Assembly: GCA_040954595.2 (NCBI GenBank)
Contig: CM082598.2
Location: forward strand, 372,001-436,000
Direction of reading: 5' to 3'
DNA: 64,000 bases
From: Balanoglossus misakiensis
Taxonomy: Eukaryota > Animalia > Hemichordata
Below, piece after piece: positions 34,293 through 48,700 of this stretch (position 1 is the stretch's first letter; every line of letters starts with the position of its first letter). A model generated the notes under the pieces. That model made no database searches, was not told where the DNA came from, and worked only from the letters and a program-made list of their open reading frames with translations. Made by a program: the position numbers and the translations under genes.

Positions 34293-36742
34293 TCATTGTT
34301 TTAAAAAATCATGTTGAGAGGAAGGCTGGGAATGATATGCTGGTTCATCATTGGTTTGCTCGTCATCACACATGTTATAGTAGCCGTAGTATTCATTGAT
34401 GTTGCTATGGAAATGAGGGTCTGATTGGACATACTCTGTTTCGGTGGACGACATGTGCAGTGGTTTGTCCTCTGTTGATTCTCTGTCACTCTTTTTCCTT
34501 GAGAAGGATTTTGAAAGCTTTCTTGTCAGATGACGACCACTTGGATCGAGTTTACCCTCGCTAGACATCTCCAAGTCAACCGCAGGTGAAACAGGATATG
34601 GCACTACCACTGAATTATGGCTGCTGTTGGTTGATATCTCTCCTCCAGTAATACTACTGATCTCAGTGTTCACAGAATCACTACTTGACTTAGGAGTCAG
34701 TTGCAAACTAGACGATGATGTTTTGGACTTCACAACCTTTAGGTTGCTGTGGTAACGCTCCAACTCTAGCATTCTATGTAGAAACTGGACATATGGATGA
34801 TGCATGATAGTTTGTGGTTCCAAATGTTGATATTCTGTTGCTGGGGTGGTTGGCATGGTGACGCCAAGAGGGCCATTGTCATCTGGCGGAACTGGTCCTT
34901 CGATCTTTGAACTCTTCCTATTGTCTTTCGTCTTTGCTTTTTTCTTCTCAACTGTTGCATAAATTGGTTCATTTTCCGCTGAGGCACTTTGAATCTGTTC
35001 CGGTTCTGGACTTTGTCGATTATCCAAAGAAGCTGCGTTCCTGGCACTGTTTGTAAATTGGTCCTTTCTCTCTTCAGTGGTAACGTCTTTCTCCAAAACT
35101 GTCGCGTCAATCTCTGCACCAACGTCACTCCCTTGATGGTCTTTCTTGCGTTTAAACATGGTGAACGCATTTTGTTTCTGAAACTGTTGATACTCATTAT
35201 GTCCGATTTCTACAATCCCCTCAGCTTGTACTAATTGGTTTAAGTGTCTCTCCTCTGACTTGCCTTCTTTCATGTTGCTATGGCTACCTTTCTTAGTCGC
35301 ATCCAAAGCTTGGAAAATCGGTCCCTTGCTAACATCATAGATAATACTGACTTGTGATTGGTTGGTGTTGTGTGTGATGTGCAGTCCATCTACTGGAGGC
35401 CTAGTCTGACGTCTGAAAGAGCATGATAACAATGTTACTTCTGTACATAAGCGACTAGACAAAGGTGCTTTCTGCTCTTTGCGAGATCTCACCAGACTTG
35501 GTCAATTACATGTACCATGCAAACAGGTAGATACAAGCTGATACAATTCAGGCTTTGTACGAAACTAGAATAGTTGCAGGTTTTAACAAGAATCATCACT
35601 TTTGTGCCGTTCAACGCGATGGGTTGATCTTGTGTTGTTTGTCCTGTGTCACATGACAATGTTCTGCCAAGATTCGCGAGAAGCTTTCCTGTTGAACTTT
35701 CCTGCTCGTAAATGCAACATTTCAGCCACGGTGTTGCGTGTAACAAAAGCCATAATAGACGCTTGGAAGAAAACTTTCAAATGACCAATATGGTCACGCG
35801 CATGGGGGCCAGGATGCAAAGTGTTTCAAGCAGTAAGAACCTCTTGTGGTTCAGATGCAGAATACAGATAAAGAATAAATCATTCAAAGTTTGAAACTGC
35901 TACAATAAGTCGATCAGCTTACCTATCTTACCTGTCATGTCTGGCCCTGAATAAAATGCAGACAGTGACGATGATCGTGATTAGAACGACAAAAACTACT
36001 GCACTGCCACCACCAATGATGTAACGGTATTCGTATAAAATTGATCCTGAAATGGAAAGACATTAGCTTTATTTAAAATGGATTTATGGTTTGACTACAA
36101 ATCTTCAAGGCTGAAGAAACTGACCAGTTCTGTAATACATGTAGTTTGTACAAGCATGCAATAAATATTGTTCAGTCTCCTTCCATGACAAAAACTCCTC
36201 ACAGCAACCTGTGTCGAATCTTAACAACAGTGAAAAACTGTCATTACAGACACCTCTCTAATAAGGACACCTCTCTATTAAAGACAGATCTTTCAAGACA
36301 AAAGCCATGGTTGGAATAGAATATCACCAGACATCTGTCTACTAAGGACTGATTTTCTGGTCCAAGAGGTGTCCTTCATAGACAGCTTTCACTGTACATA
36401 CATAAATGATAAAAAACAATCACTGCTTTCTTACCTTGTTCACAGGTATGTCCCGTGTATCCCTGCATGCACTGGCAGGTAAATGTCTGCGAATTTCCTT
36501 CTGACAGTTCATAGCATGTGCCACCGTGTTGACATGGCTGAGACTTGCAGTCTATGACACCTGTGACAAGAAGTGATAATTATATTTTGGGATTACTTAA
36601 TTGCAGTTGTCTGTTTATCTGTTTGTTGTCTTGTTTGGTTGTGCTTCAATACATGTTGACAGATTCCTTCATACTTGTTATGTTATGATAGTGGTGTTGT
36701 TGTTGTTGGCGGTGGTGTAGATGCTTGTGGTGGTGGTGGTGG

Positions 36743-36794
<52 letters not shown>

Positions 36795-39700
36795 CCAAAT
36801 CTTAATAATTCTTACCTAGAGCCACATCACTTGTGATAACTTTATCTTCTGAAGTCACAATGACACAATGATATGTCCCATCATTCTGAATCTGAACATC
36901 ACGAATATACAAGTATTTTCCTGTAATGTTGTATCTGAAAAGAGAATGATTCGAGAAAAAATAGGATTATGCTAGGATCATCGACTGTAAAAGTGGAAAG
37001 TCTTTCAACTTAGTTGCACGGTGGCCAAATACACCGAGTTGCCACCAAACTATCATTTGAAAACTTAGACACACCCTTTTAACCATATGTAAATAAAAAG
37101 GTGATCGTATACCTGTAGTAGTGTTCAACTCACCTGACACTATGTTTGGTATTTTCAACAGTCAACTTTTCACCAGTTGGGGACATCCAGTAAATCTCTT
37201 TGATCGGTTTGGAGTCGTCGAAATGACATTCCAGCCTGGTGTTGTGACCTTCTGCTTTGTTTATCTTTGAAACGTGGTGTTCTAGAACGGAAAGGGATGA
37301 TAACACGTGTGATTGTCACGAACATGAAGCTCACAGTCACCTTTCTCTAACTACAAGAACAAATCCTCTCTGCCAGTGCGACACACCGATGGATGAACTT
37401 TCTGTTCAAGCTTCACTGACAATGAAAACAAACATGTGTATACTGATCCCGGACTTTCTCTAACTGATGTCATCAATTGTTTTAGCAGCCAGCAGTTTAA
37501 TTACTAGTAGTTGACTCCACCTATTTTGTGTGAATTATCTAAGTTAATTAAGTTTATAGAACATACCCTGTGTGTACCATGCAGTGAAGTGTCTCGCAAA
37601 AGTGAAATTAACTGTATGGCCAGATTGAATTGGTTTCAAGGGGGGACCTGAGCATGTTAGATATTTTTTCATGTCCTTTACTTCACTTACTTTGATCACA
37701 AGTTGTCATAACACACTCCTTTCGTTCGCTGTGATGCCCCGGACAGTAAACAGTTGGTTCCAATGAACTTTGACAAGCCCGAGTGCGCTGGGTGTACCCT
37801 TCGCCGCATGTCACAGAACACTGGGCCCACACAGTCCATGATGTCCAGCCTAACAATGAAATCACTTCACCCTCTTTGTGACTGGATGCTTTGCTTTCTG
37901 TGGGTATTCATAAAACAAGACAGAATGTGCATCAGAGTTACCATCAGAGTAACCATCACTTACATTTATAAAAGGGACATTATAGCTTTAACATTTGGTT
38001 GTATGGTTTTATTCTAACCCTGCTCCCCATAGCATATTACAAATTCCTTTCTTGAGTATGGCAACACAGTACACAGTAATTCAAGGACATAAACACCATT
38101 TTAACTACATAAGGGAACATCTAAATAAGAGCAGATTGTGTCCCTTTAACCACAGTTACAATAACTTGACTTTGTCATATTACTTTGATTGGCGTAGAGG
38201 GACAAAGTGCTCTCACATCAGTGCAAAAAATTGCCACATCACGTTTAGGCACAGTTTGTCTAAATATGGGTGTTCACGTCCAATTCTGAACTATTTTCGT
38301 TCTCGTTGCAACATCAGCATACCTTCACATTCTTCAAAGATACAAGTCATATAATCAGAGCCTTGACCTTCACACATCTGATTGCTTCGGACATCACACT
38401 CTCTCTGACGAGTTTGTATCCCAAAGCCACAACTCTCTGAACAACCGGACCAGGACTGCCAATCATTCCAGGTAGAAACTCCAAAATCTGAAATTATCAG
38501 AGGATGGGAAAATTGGTAAAAAGAACTTAAACCTGAACTTCTGGTATCTTGTTGCCTATCAAAATACGCTTTTGAACTTAAGAATGCGATGGCTGTTTAT
38601 ATACATGGCCTTTTTTGATTAAGGTACAGTCTATGATTCCAAATTATTTTTGAAAATTGGCATTTACCTTGACAATCAGCAACTTCACAAACTTTCTGCT
38701 GCTTAGCAACGCCTTCACAGTCCAGTCCACTATGTTTGTTACAGTGACGCTGGCGTTCCACGATTCCTCGGCCACAGCTGGCAGAGCAGGGTGACCATGG
38801 CGACCAGCCACTCCATGACGACACTGTGAAGTCAAATCAATCACAACAGATCAACAAACTGGAAACTTCTATAAACCAAACAATGTCTTCAGTTCTTTGA
38901 TGTCCAGTTTAGACAGGTTTTACATTACTGCCCAACAGCCCCTTTTCAAAGTCGAAAAATTGGCATATTTCATCAAAAATGAAGAATTTTTGAAAATTTT
39001 CAAAGTTTAACAATTGGCATATTTTGATGATTTTCATGGTCCATAACCCATGATATTTCATCAAAAATGGAGAATTGTTGAAAATTTTCAAAGTCGAAAA
39101 ATTGGCATATTTCATCAAAAATGAAGAATTTTTGAAAATTTTCAAAGTTGAAAAATTGGCATATTTATATATTTATAAACATATTATCAAACAATACTCA
39201 CCAGGACATGTCTGCAATTCACATTTCTCTGCATGATCAGCAATACCACCACAGATATCTGAATTGGTGTAAAGCGATCTCTGAGAATCCAGGCACTTCC
39301 GCGCCCTTGACCTCAATCCAGTACCACAGGTTACAGAGCATGTTGTCCACTGTGTCCATGGCAACCACTGGTAAGGTGGTATCGTTGGTTTTGCTGAAAT
39401 TTCACATTGACAAGTATTTCAGATATTTGGGTTTCTATGTTACCATAGTGTTGGTCATGTTTAATAAAAATAGCAAATACGAAAGAGTGTTAATGAGATA
39501 ATATCACTCTTAATTACCAACCTTGACAAGGGACCTCAACACATTTCTTTGCTTCTTTCCTCAGACCAACGCAGGCTATCCCACCATGCATCTGGCAATC
39601 ACGGTGCCTGGTCATGTGACCCTCATCGCATGTTGTGCTGCAGGTTGACCAATGACTCCAATACATCCATGTTGACTTCAAACCTGTCGCCAAAGTCTCT

Positions 39701-42700
39701 GTTGGCAGGTTTCTTCCTTGCAAGTTTTCCATGGCTGACAGACAAATTACATTGACAACAATTCATGAAACAATAAATACACAGTAACTGTTGATGAAGT
39801 TTGTAACTTTTGCCTCAAATAACCACTCTCTGAGTGTGTTGTTGAGCAACAAAGTTGAAAGTAACACTGGTACAGAAGATACTGACAATTTGTCTATTGC
39901 AAAGGAGCGAAACATACTTGTAACAAAACATCCAATACTGAGAAAATTTTTGTCATTTGATGCTATGGATGGGTAACACTTACCTTGGCAACTTTGCTCA
40001 AAGTGACATACAGCAGTTTCCATGGCGTTTCCATAGCAATTATCATCACCAACTTGTGAGTGTGTCAGCCACTCTTTACACTGCCGATACCTTGACTTGC
40101 TAGAAGCACCACAAGTTGCAGTACATGGTTTCCATGGTGACCAATTTCCCCAAAAGTACAAAGGGGGTAGAAGTTCATTGATTTCTTCAGTTTCATCTTG
40201 GAAGAAAAAAATACCAACAATCAGAAATGTAGCACTGTGGCAGTGATCAATCTCCTGGACAATTATGCCAATGCAAGCAGATGTACTACTTATGTGTCAA
40301 AAATATGTTATATCAAACTTTCAAAGCGAAAATGGTCAATTCCTAAAACATAACTGATAACACCCAGTATAACTGATGATGTTTTGAACAATGTCCACAC
40401 GTCGACACTTGCCTTGGTTCATACGATATGCATTGAACTCGAAGCAAAGTGCAAGTGTACATCAGCGGATGACAATGACCTATCTCTACGGTCGAAGCAC
40501 ATTTGGGATTTCCTTTAGATCATCAATGTACGACGTAGAGCATGAACGCTGTCCCAAAGAATCCAAGCCATTTTGACACAGTGCAGTGGGATATAGGGAT
40601 GATCATGATGATAATTCTGTTGTGAATCTACATCTGTCATGACGTCACCGACCCCACTCACCCCTTGGCGGAAATAGTTCGACCCTTCCTACTACGTGTC
40701 CAGCTACAAGCAACACTCTGCTATCTGAGCTCCTAGAAATTCTACGAAGTTACCTATCCAATCTACTACTCAGTATCCTTTTATTTTACCATAAGGTAAG
40801 CAATCGGCTTTTGCAACAATTCTAACATGAGTTGGGAAATTTTTGTTTCTGTGTCTGTCGTCTGCATCTGACATGTGCAATGTACTACGCATCCCCCAAT
40901 TGGGTAACATTTCGGACGCGTTAGCGAAAGGACCAATCAGCGCTCGTGTCATACAACCACTTCCAGTTTGTAAAAGTGTGGCGTAGATTTTATCTTACCG
41001 CCGTCATTATCCTTCAATGATCACGATATATAACGGTAAATTGCAATCTAATTGTTCATTCACTGTGATGCTGACATGCAATCAAATCTCTAAAGACACA
41101 TTTCCATGGTTAAAATTTACCTCTACATCTGTCTTGCATACAGTCCTTTTTCTGGCGCGCGCTTCCGGGGCAAAACTTCGACGAACGCAGGACGCAGCGT
41201 CGGTGACGTGAACTTTTACCTCTGTCACACGAAACCGAACACTCTGACCAAGAGCTCCAGGGGGTCCAGTAAGACAAGACGAACGGTTTCACTTTAAAAA
41301 GAGAAAGTTGGAAAAAGAAACATGTAATTTGTGACCTTATGTTGTTTTTAAGAATTAGGCAAGAAGCCTATCTGATAGCTCTGGACTTATGCGCTGTTTG
41401 GGTCTACGGGGACGGAGAGCAGCGTAGACCCAAACAGCGCATAAGTCCAGAGCTACCTATCTGACAGAAAAAACAAATCTTCGTAAATTTAGGGTAAAAA
41501 TGACTGTGATGATGACTTCTGTGACGTACCTGCACACTTCGGTAAATTACATGATGCAGTTTCCCTAGAAACACCGACACAGTTCTTGCTGTCAATCACT
41601 GACTTGTTGCTATGGTGAAGACACTTGCGAAGTCTGGATATGTCACCAGTTCCACACGTGACGGAGCAATCCGACCAGTCAGACCAGGGCGCCCAAAAAG
41701 ACGGCGGCACCATTGTCATGGAAACCCTTGGTTCAGCTGAGAATATCCAAGATGCGAATGGAGAGATAAGATATATTACCAGCACTATGCCTAGGGATCA
41801 CTTTCAAATCATGAGAAAATAAATGACAATAGGGCCTAAGGCTACAGTTTGTAGGCCTAACGTTTAATAATCTGACGGTGAGATTCCTATACCTCGACAG
41901 AATTGTGTTGAACACGTTTTCTGGTCAATCCAGTTGCCTTGGCAATCGGCCCCAGTACTATGACAACGTCGAGTGCGCAAGGACACGCCCTGGTCGCATG
42001 TTGCGCTGCAAATACTCCAGTCTGACCATAACGCCCATTCAGCTTCTGATATTACCACTGGGGGAGGAAGGGAGAGAGGAAGGAAGAAGAGAGAGAGAGA
42101 GAGAAGAGACAGACAGAGACAGACAGACAGAGACAGAGAGAAAGAGACAGAGAGTTTAATATCAAGTACATCGTAACCGTCAAAAAGTCCAGGAATCTTT
42201 TTGCAATGTCAGTTTCAAAAGTAATATCTGCTGGTGATTGGGCACTTAGAGACGGTGCCAGATAAACTCACCATGGCATGGCGGAAGTATACACGTTGTT
42301 GTTTCCAAAGGCAATCCTTCACAGTTGTTGTCGCCTACTTTTTCATGTCTCTTTCGGTGAATACAGAAGCGAACCCGTAATTGGACACCGCCTCCACATG
42401 ACACCGAGCAATCCGTCCATTTCGACCAATCAGACCATCTGTAAATTTCGGATTCCTTTTGCGTCTCTGTGGAACAAGAAAGATTGAAAAACAGTTACTT
42501 TCCAGCTAAGATTTTCTTCACCCAACCCAAGTTTGCAATTAGAATCTGACATATACGATTTGGCTAGGAAATATAATTTGACAGGTGTCTTTTTATATGG
42601 ATGAGGATGACTGCAATTATTTCCTTTACCTTTAACTGTTGTGGGCTTTGTCGGCAAAACGTCTTCTTTACTGGGTGTTTGGATTTCATCACGTAACCAG

Positions 42701-45700
42701 TCCAAAAACCCCATAAAGGATTCGATTTCTTGTCTGTACACACCAGTCACACTCATATTGGTATTTGATGCGGGTGTCGATGTTACTTTTCTTGGCTGTG
42801 TTGGTTCTGAAGTCATCGTCTCTTTTCCAATTCCGTAGTCGTTGTCAACCTCCACGACGTCGTTTCCGGCACCCAAAGAGCTGGAGGATTTAAACTCCTT
42901 GAGTGCCATTAAGGATAAAAAATGATGGAGATCTTCTGATAATGGGTTTTCCAAAACTGCGTCTTCTTCACTTTCAGTGTCTTCATGATTCAAAGACACG
43001 ATGTTGTTGATAATTATTGGATTCTGTTCTCGATGCTCTTTATCTCCCTCTTTCTTTTCATCCTTGGTTACCATAGAGACGGCTTGCTTCTGTTCAGATA
43101 TCCCACCATGCGCTTGGCCTGGTATTGTCCCGTCAGTTTCGGGGTCCATCGTTTTCAGTCGCGACGTTTTGTCTGCTACATCAACGTTGGGCTGATTGTC
43201 ATTGCCATCCAACAGCTCAAAAGATTCAGATTTCTTGTTGGTTATATTGTTTCCACTGTTCCTTTGTCCGTTGTCAGTGAATGCCCTGTTTTTCGACCCT
43301 TCTTCATATTTAGCGTTCATATCCAGGCTGTCGTCAAGTTCATTGATCACTATGGTAACACTGTGGTCACTATGGTCGTCCTGGTGGTTTTCATTGTAAC
43401 TATCGATGTTTTCTTTGTGTTGTTTCATTTTTGGCAAGTTGCCCTGGCCTTCTGTGTCTAAGTCAGTCCCGTGGTCCTTTACAGACATTTGCCCCGATGT
43501 TCCTTGGGAATTTATAACCCCATTATTATCCATTTGTTCAGTTTTATTGTTCTCCTCTACTGATCTTTGGTTTTTTGCATTCTTGATGTCGGTGTGGGGA
43601 TGGTCACTCGTTTCGTCACCTTCATTGTCTGGGCTGTCCCCAACCGAGTCCATACTACCATCTTCCGATGATGACAATCCATTTTCAACCTTAAAGAAGT
43701 TGATTTCACCGACGTGGTCAATATTGTTGTAGTTATTGGTCTCCTTCCTGATTCCAATTTCGTTGTGGAAACGATTTTCAACGCCGTGTCTGGTGGCGTC
43801 AGCGTTGGGTTCCTTTTCAGGCGTCATCTCCGATTGGCCAGTTTTGTTGGCACCACCTACGTCACTCACATCTTCCTGGACATTTTGGCTCATACCAAGC
43901 ATGTCTGATAACCTCTTGTCGTAAGTTTCCGTCACAAGCTCATCTTCAATCTCATGTTGTTTTACTTTAGGAGACACAGCGCCCATCGGTTCTCTTTTCT
44001 CACTGGCGGATTCTTGCTCTTTCCTGGTTTCGTTGTCGTTGGACTTTCCTGCTGCAAAGTTGTTGGTGACACCATTATTGTTAACGATAACGTGCAAACT
44101 ATTATCATTGGTTGTGATTTCGTTGTTATTGTCGTTGTTGTTGTCTTGGTTACTGAGTAATTTATTCATCACTTTGTAGAGAAGTGAGTGGTCGGCTGTT
44201 CCTTCTTTAATGGTACTCTCTTCTTTTTCATTCCTGTTTTCTTCGAAGTTTTGTTCTCTTTCTGAAGACACGGGTTTCACTCTGACAAGAGTATTGTATC
44301 CAACAGGTTTGCCTTGTGTCTGGTTTTGGTCGATATCAGATCCACGAAAAGGGATTTTGTTTGCTGGCCCTGGCGTGGACGAAGACACAAATTCCTTTCG
44401 TGAATATCTCGGCCAATTCATAACGCGGGGTCTGTCTTTTAGAGGATGCCGAATTTCACTGATTTTATCCCCCGTATCTTGTATATGTTTCGCTGGGTGC
44501 GTGGGAGGTTCGATGTCTTCGTGTTCTGCTTGTCTCGAGTATGGAGGCGTTGTTTGTCGAATCGAAGTACTTGGTTTCTTACCTGCTGCAGTTTCCTCGT
44601 GGGTTCCCTGTGATATCGGTTGACCACTGCTGATTATTCCAGATGATGGTTTTGTCTCTCGCTGCGTTGATACTCTCGCTCCTGGTTGCAATACATGCAC
44701 ATTATCAGATTCTAAGATGGATTCCGTCTTGGCTGTAGTTCTGGTGGGAACTTCTACTTTTGGCCGAAGAAGACGTGGTGGTGTTTTCACAACCGATTTG
44801 TGTAGCCACTGTTCATGGACTGAAGAAACTGTCTCTGGTTGGTAATTATTCACCATTTGGGGGTTAATACCGTGCTCGATGTTTTCTGGTTGTTTTTCAT
44901 AAGCAGACGTCGGGTATTCCTTTCCAAGTTCATGAACAGATTCGATCCACGTTTCTTTGTCCGGCACTGAAGGATGGAGAACTTCATCTTCAACGGCGTT
45001 ATTAAGGGCTGTGTATTCTGATTTGATCAATTCCTCTGGTACTGGTTCAAATGGCAGTTGATTTTCATCAGTTTCCTCGAGTTTTGGTGTTTCTATGACA
45101 ATTTTTATTGGACGAACTGGTTCTTGCTTTAGGGCTGTTTCTCCAAGATGTTCTGTACCCTCTACTGCTTGGTTTGGTTTTCCTGCCCCAGAAGAGGTTT
45201 CTTTCGCTACAGATTCGACAAGTTTTGACATCCCCGGCGCCACATCAATTGGTCTGTTTGGTTCAGAAAGAACTCTCTTTTCCCCAGTTTCTGCAAATCT
45301 CGTTAAATCTGATACAACTTTAGATGTTTTTTCGACTGGTGCTGTTGCCTGCGTCGTAGATGTTGTCAAAGGAATTGTTGTGGGATTTGGTGTTGTTATG
45401 GCGACCGTTTCAAAAGGTTCTGTTGACGCGTCTTCATATACAGTTGACTGCACGACTTCAGTAGTTGTAAAGAGCGATTCGGGCACTTTTGTCTTTGCTT
45501 CTTTGTTTTCCAGAAATCCTGTTACATTCAGGATGTTCTTTATGACAGAATTCGATGTCAGTAAACTGCTCTTGACGTTCTCAGCAACTTTGTCAGCAAT
45601 GTTCTCAGATAATTCATCTTTCAACTTCTGCAATATTGAGATGCTGCCAAGGTCTTCTCTGACACCTTCCATTTCTCGGTCTTCTTCCTGTGGGGCAGAC

Positions 45701-48700
45701 TTCTTCGGTAAACCATTCATGTCATGAAACTCATCGATATATTCCGGTCGCGTTCTTTGTATAACTTGATTGCTGGTCATGTCTTCTGTGAAATGTACCC
45801 TTGGTTGCTGTAATACACGCTGGGGAGCTTCGACATTTTCAGGGACTGTCACAGTCATATCCGGCTTTTCTGGTAGTACTAGGATATTCACACGCTTTTG
45901 TGGTTCTTCAGTCCTTCGTTCGGAAAACTCTTCTGGCTCGCGATGATACTCATCTGGTTTGAACTCAGGTTCTTCAGTGTATTCTTGCGTGGCCATACCA
46001 ACATGGTGAATAGTCTGTACACGTCCTTGCTCGGGGAGAACTTGTTCCAGTGATGTCTCTGGTGGCCCGCCCAATACATTCTCATAATGTTCAGTTGCAA
46101 CGACAAATTCAGGTGTAATTTGTCTCAGAATCGGTTCAGGTTCCATGGTATTCTGACCACCAGCTTCCATGACAGTTTCTTCGGGTTCTACAAGATTGAT
46201 ATCCGCACGTCTTGTGGTCTCACCTTCACTGATTTCATACTCCACAATTGGCTGGATGGTGTGTTTTGGCTGAGAAGGTCTTTGGCTGACTCTTGCTGGA
46301 ATAATAGGACTAGCTTTGTGTTCAACAGGTGGTTTGGTAGTGCGGTGATCGGTGATTGGACGAACGGATATCACGGGTTTGACGTCATAAATCTTGAATT
46401 CTGGTGGACTTGTTGGGTGCAAATCGCTTGGATGGAGATCCATTTTTGGTGCGGCTGCATTTGATTCAGACAACAATGGCTCCGCTGACGGTCTTGACTC
46501 AATCTTGGTCTCCGCTTCTGAGTGGTCTTCGACGACTGTTTTGATTGTCGTTTTGTGTAATGTACGGTCAATACTCTGTGTCGGTTGTAAAACTGGTCCG
46601 TTTGTAGGAGAAGCAACAACAGCTGCTACAGGTGGTGTGGTCAGTTTTGATTCAACAATAGGGCGGGGTGCTGTTACTTGAAAGGTTTGCTTTTTCACCG
46701 TCACATTTTCCTCAACACCAGGTGGCAAATTCTGTGATGGTCCAATCTCGTGGTGTTGAATCTCCTTTTGAAGTTCCTGTTGTGTCACGGTTTTGTTAAA
46801 CTTTACAGGCGCGGTTTTGGATTCGCCTGTCTGGTTGCTGATTGGACTTGGAGATACACTTGGTGGCGCTGGAAATCGGTCCACAGTGTCCGGTACTACT
46901 TTCACTTCTCCTTCTGGTGATATTTGCTGAACTGTGTGAGGGCCTACTGGCTGCCTTGTAGGTACCACTGGATGTTCCGCGTCGACAGACACATTGATGT
47001 TTTTAACTTTTTCCTCCAAGTTAGAATAGAGTTGATCAAGTTCTGGGATACTGTCTTCCTTTTCCAATCCCCCAGTAACCGTTTCTCTAACTGGTATTTC
47101 TTCACCCATTTCATTTGGTATGGTTTTCATGTTGGGTTGCACAGTCACTCTGGGCTTAGTGGTGACTTGCGTTGTTGTTTTTCGTTCCAATAGTTCAGCA
47201 GACACATTGGTTTTAACTGAAGACTCCGTGTTTTGTCCATCAATGTCGTGAATAACTGCCAACGTTTCCTCTAACTTTGCTTCACTACCAGTGACATTAC
47301 TCGAACCAGTCCACTCTACAGCAGACATATTTAACGTTTTCTGTCCCTTGTTCAACTCTGGGCTTTCTGAAGTAGATGGAGTTATTGCTGGCGCTTCTAT
47401 CTGGTTTGGTACACTGTCATTTGCCACTGCATTGAATAATTTACCTAAATTCGAGCTGAGTTCATCAATTTTGGCAATTAAGCCCGCAAGTGGTTCACCG
47501 GAATGTTGGTCTCGTTGTCCGGGATACCGTTCTGTAGCAACTAAAGCCTCGCCTTCAGTTGTCTGCATTTCAGTGGTGGCCTGAACAGGTGCTATCAATT
47601 GTCCGCCGATGACTGGAATATTTTGATCCGTTGCAACCGTTTTGCTTTCACCTTGTTGTAGCATCTGACCAGAGTACGGTGGTTGAGCGCTAGTTGACAG
47701 ATCGCTTTGGTCCAATGCTTCGTCCAATTTTTTCATCTTTTCATGGTTCAGAGTGTCAAGCAGGTCATAGAAATCATCATCATGGACTGAAGTACCAACG
47801 TGGCCGGCCAGTTTTAGGAACTGATCTTTTAAACCGGACATGCCCAGTGAGTCATGTAATTCTCCATTATGCACGTTTTCGTTTGTGTCAAAATTTGAAC
47901 CGGTGTCCGACTGCTGGCCAATAGGACTAAGATTGCTCAATGTTACAGGGGTTTTCTTGTTCGTGTATAGCTTTTCATCACGTAACTTGGTAGGTTTGAT
48001 CATGTCAGTGGCGCTTCCTTGAATGTGATTGACAAGATCTGATGATAATTTGCTTTCTACCTTCCTTGCCGGAAGTTGCACCTCAAAATCAACGTCACTG
48101 CCACCACCGTCTGCATCCGGGTATCTCGATTGGCCGTCAACTTCAGCATGTTGCATTATATGTCTGCGCATGTCACTGCCGACAGGACCCATCCTCCTGA
48201 AATCACCAAGGGCTCCATGTTCATCAACATCACCTCTTGGTTGTTGACGTAGGCTATTGTGTGCAATGCTAGCTTCTGGTCCCTCATCACTGCGAGCATT
48301 GTCTCCAATTGGTGCATCCTTGTCACGTGAATCTTCTTCCACCATTTTAGATACAACGTTAGTTTGGTCATTTGCTTCAGATGGCAAAACTTGCTTTTTC
48401 TCTGACGCGTCAGTCTGATTGGTGTCGACATGTGTGATGATTTTACCTATATGAGTATTTATCGTGTCAAGTTTAGCCATTAATCCTGTCAGAGGTTCAG
48501 CAACGGTCTCCTGCTTATGGATCACATCAACATCTTGCAACAGATCATTTTCTTCGCGAAGGTCATGGATTGTGTTCACAAGCTTTTGGCTTGCCGCGGT
48601 TACGGTTTCGCTCTGTTCTGATCGTTCTGTTATTTTGTACCGTCTCAAAATTTCACCAAGCCTTTTCGTTTCCGAATCATGTGGTTTTACTGTTTCCTGT

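Noticed and set aside
36435-37281. Ig-EGF-TM suggesting a neuregulin/Vein-type EGFR ligand
   Set aside because: The EGF has Notch-type C-x4-C spacing and lacks the Arg before the last Cys typical of ErbB ligands.
38943-39166. Repeat array superficially like CRISPR
   Set aside because: Head-to-tail 54-bp units without unique spacers, in a eukaryotic intron, with no cas genes.
40770-41050. Extra - strand exon candidates in the long TSP1 intron
   Set aside because: Candidate frames hit stops or lack acceptors and motifs; the flanking exons already join in phase.
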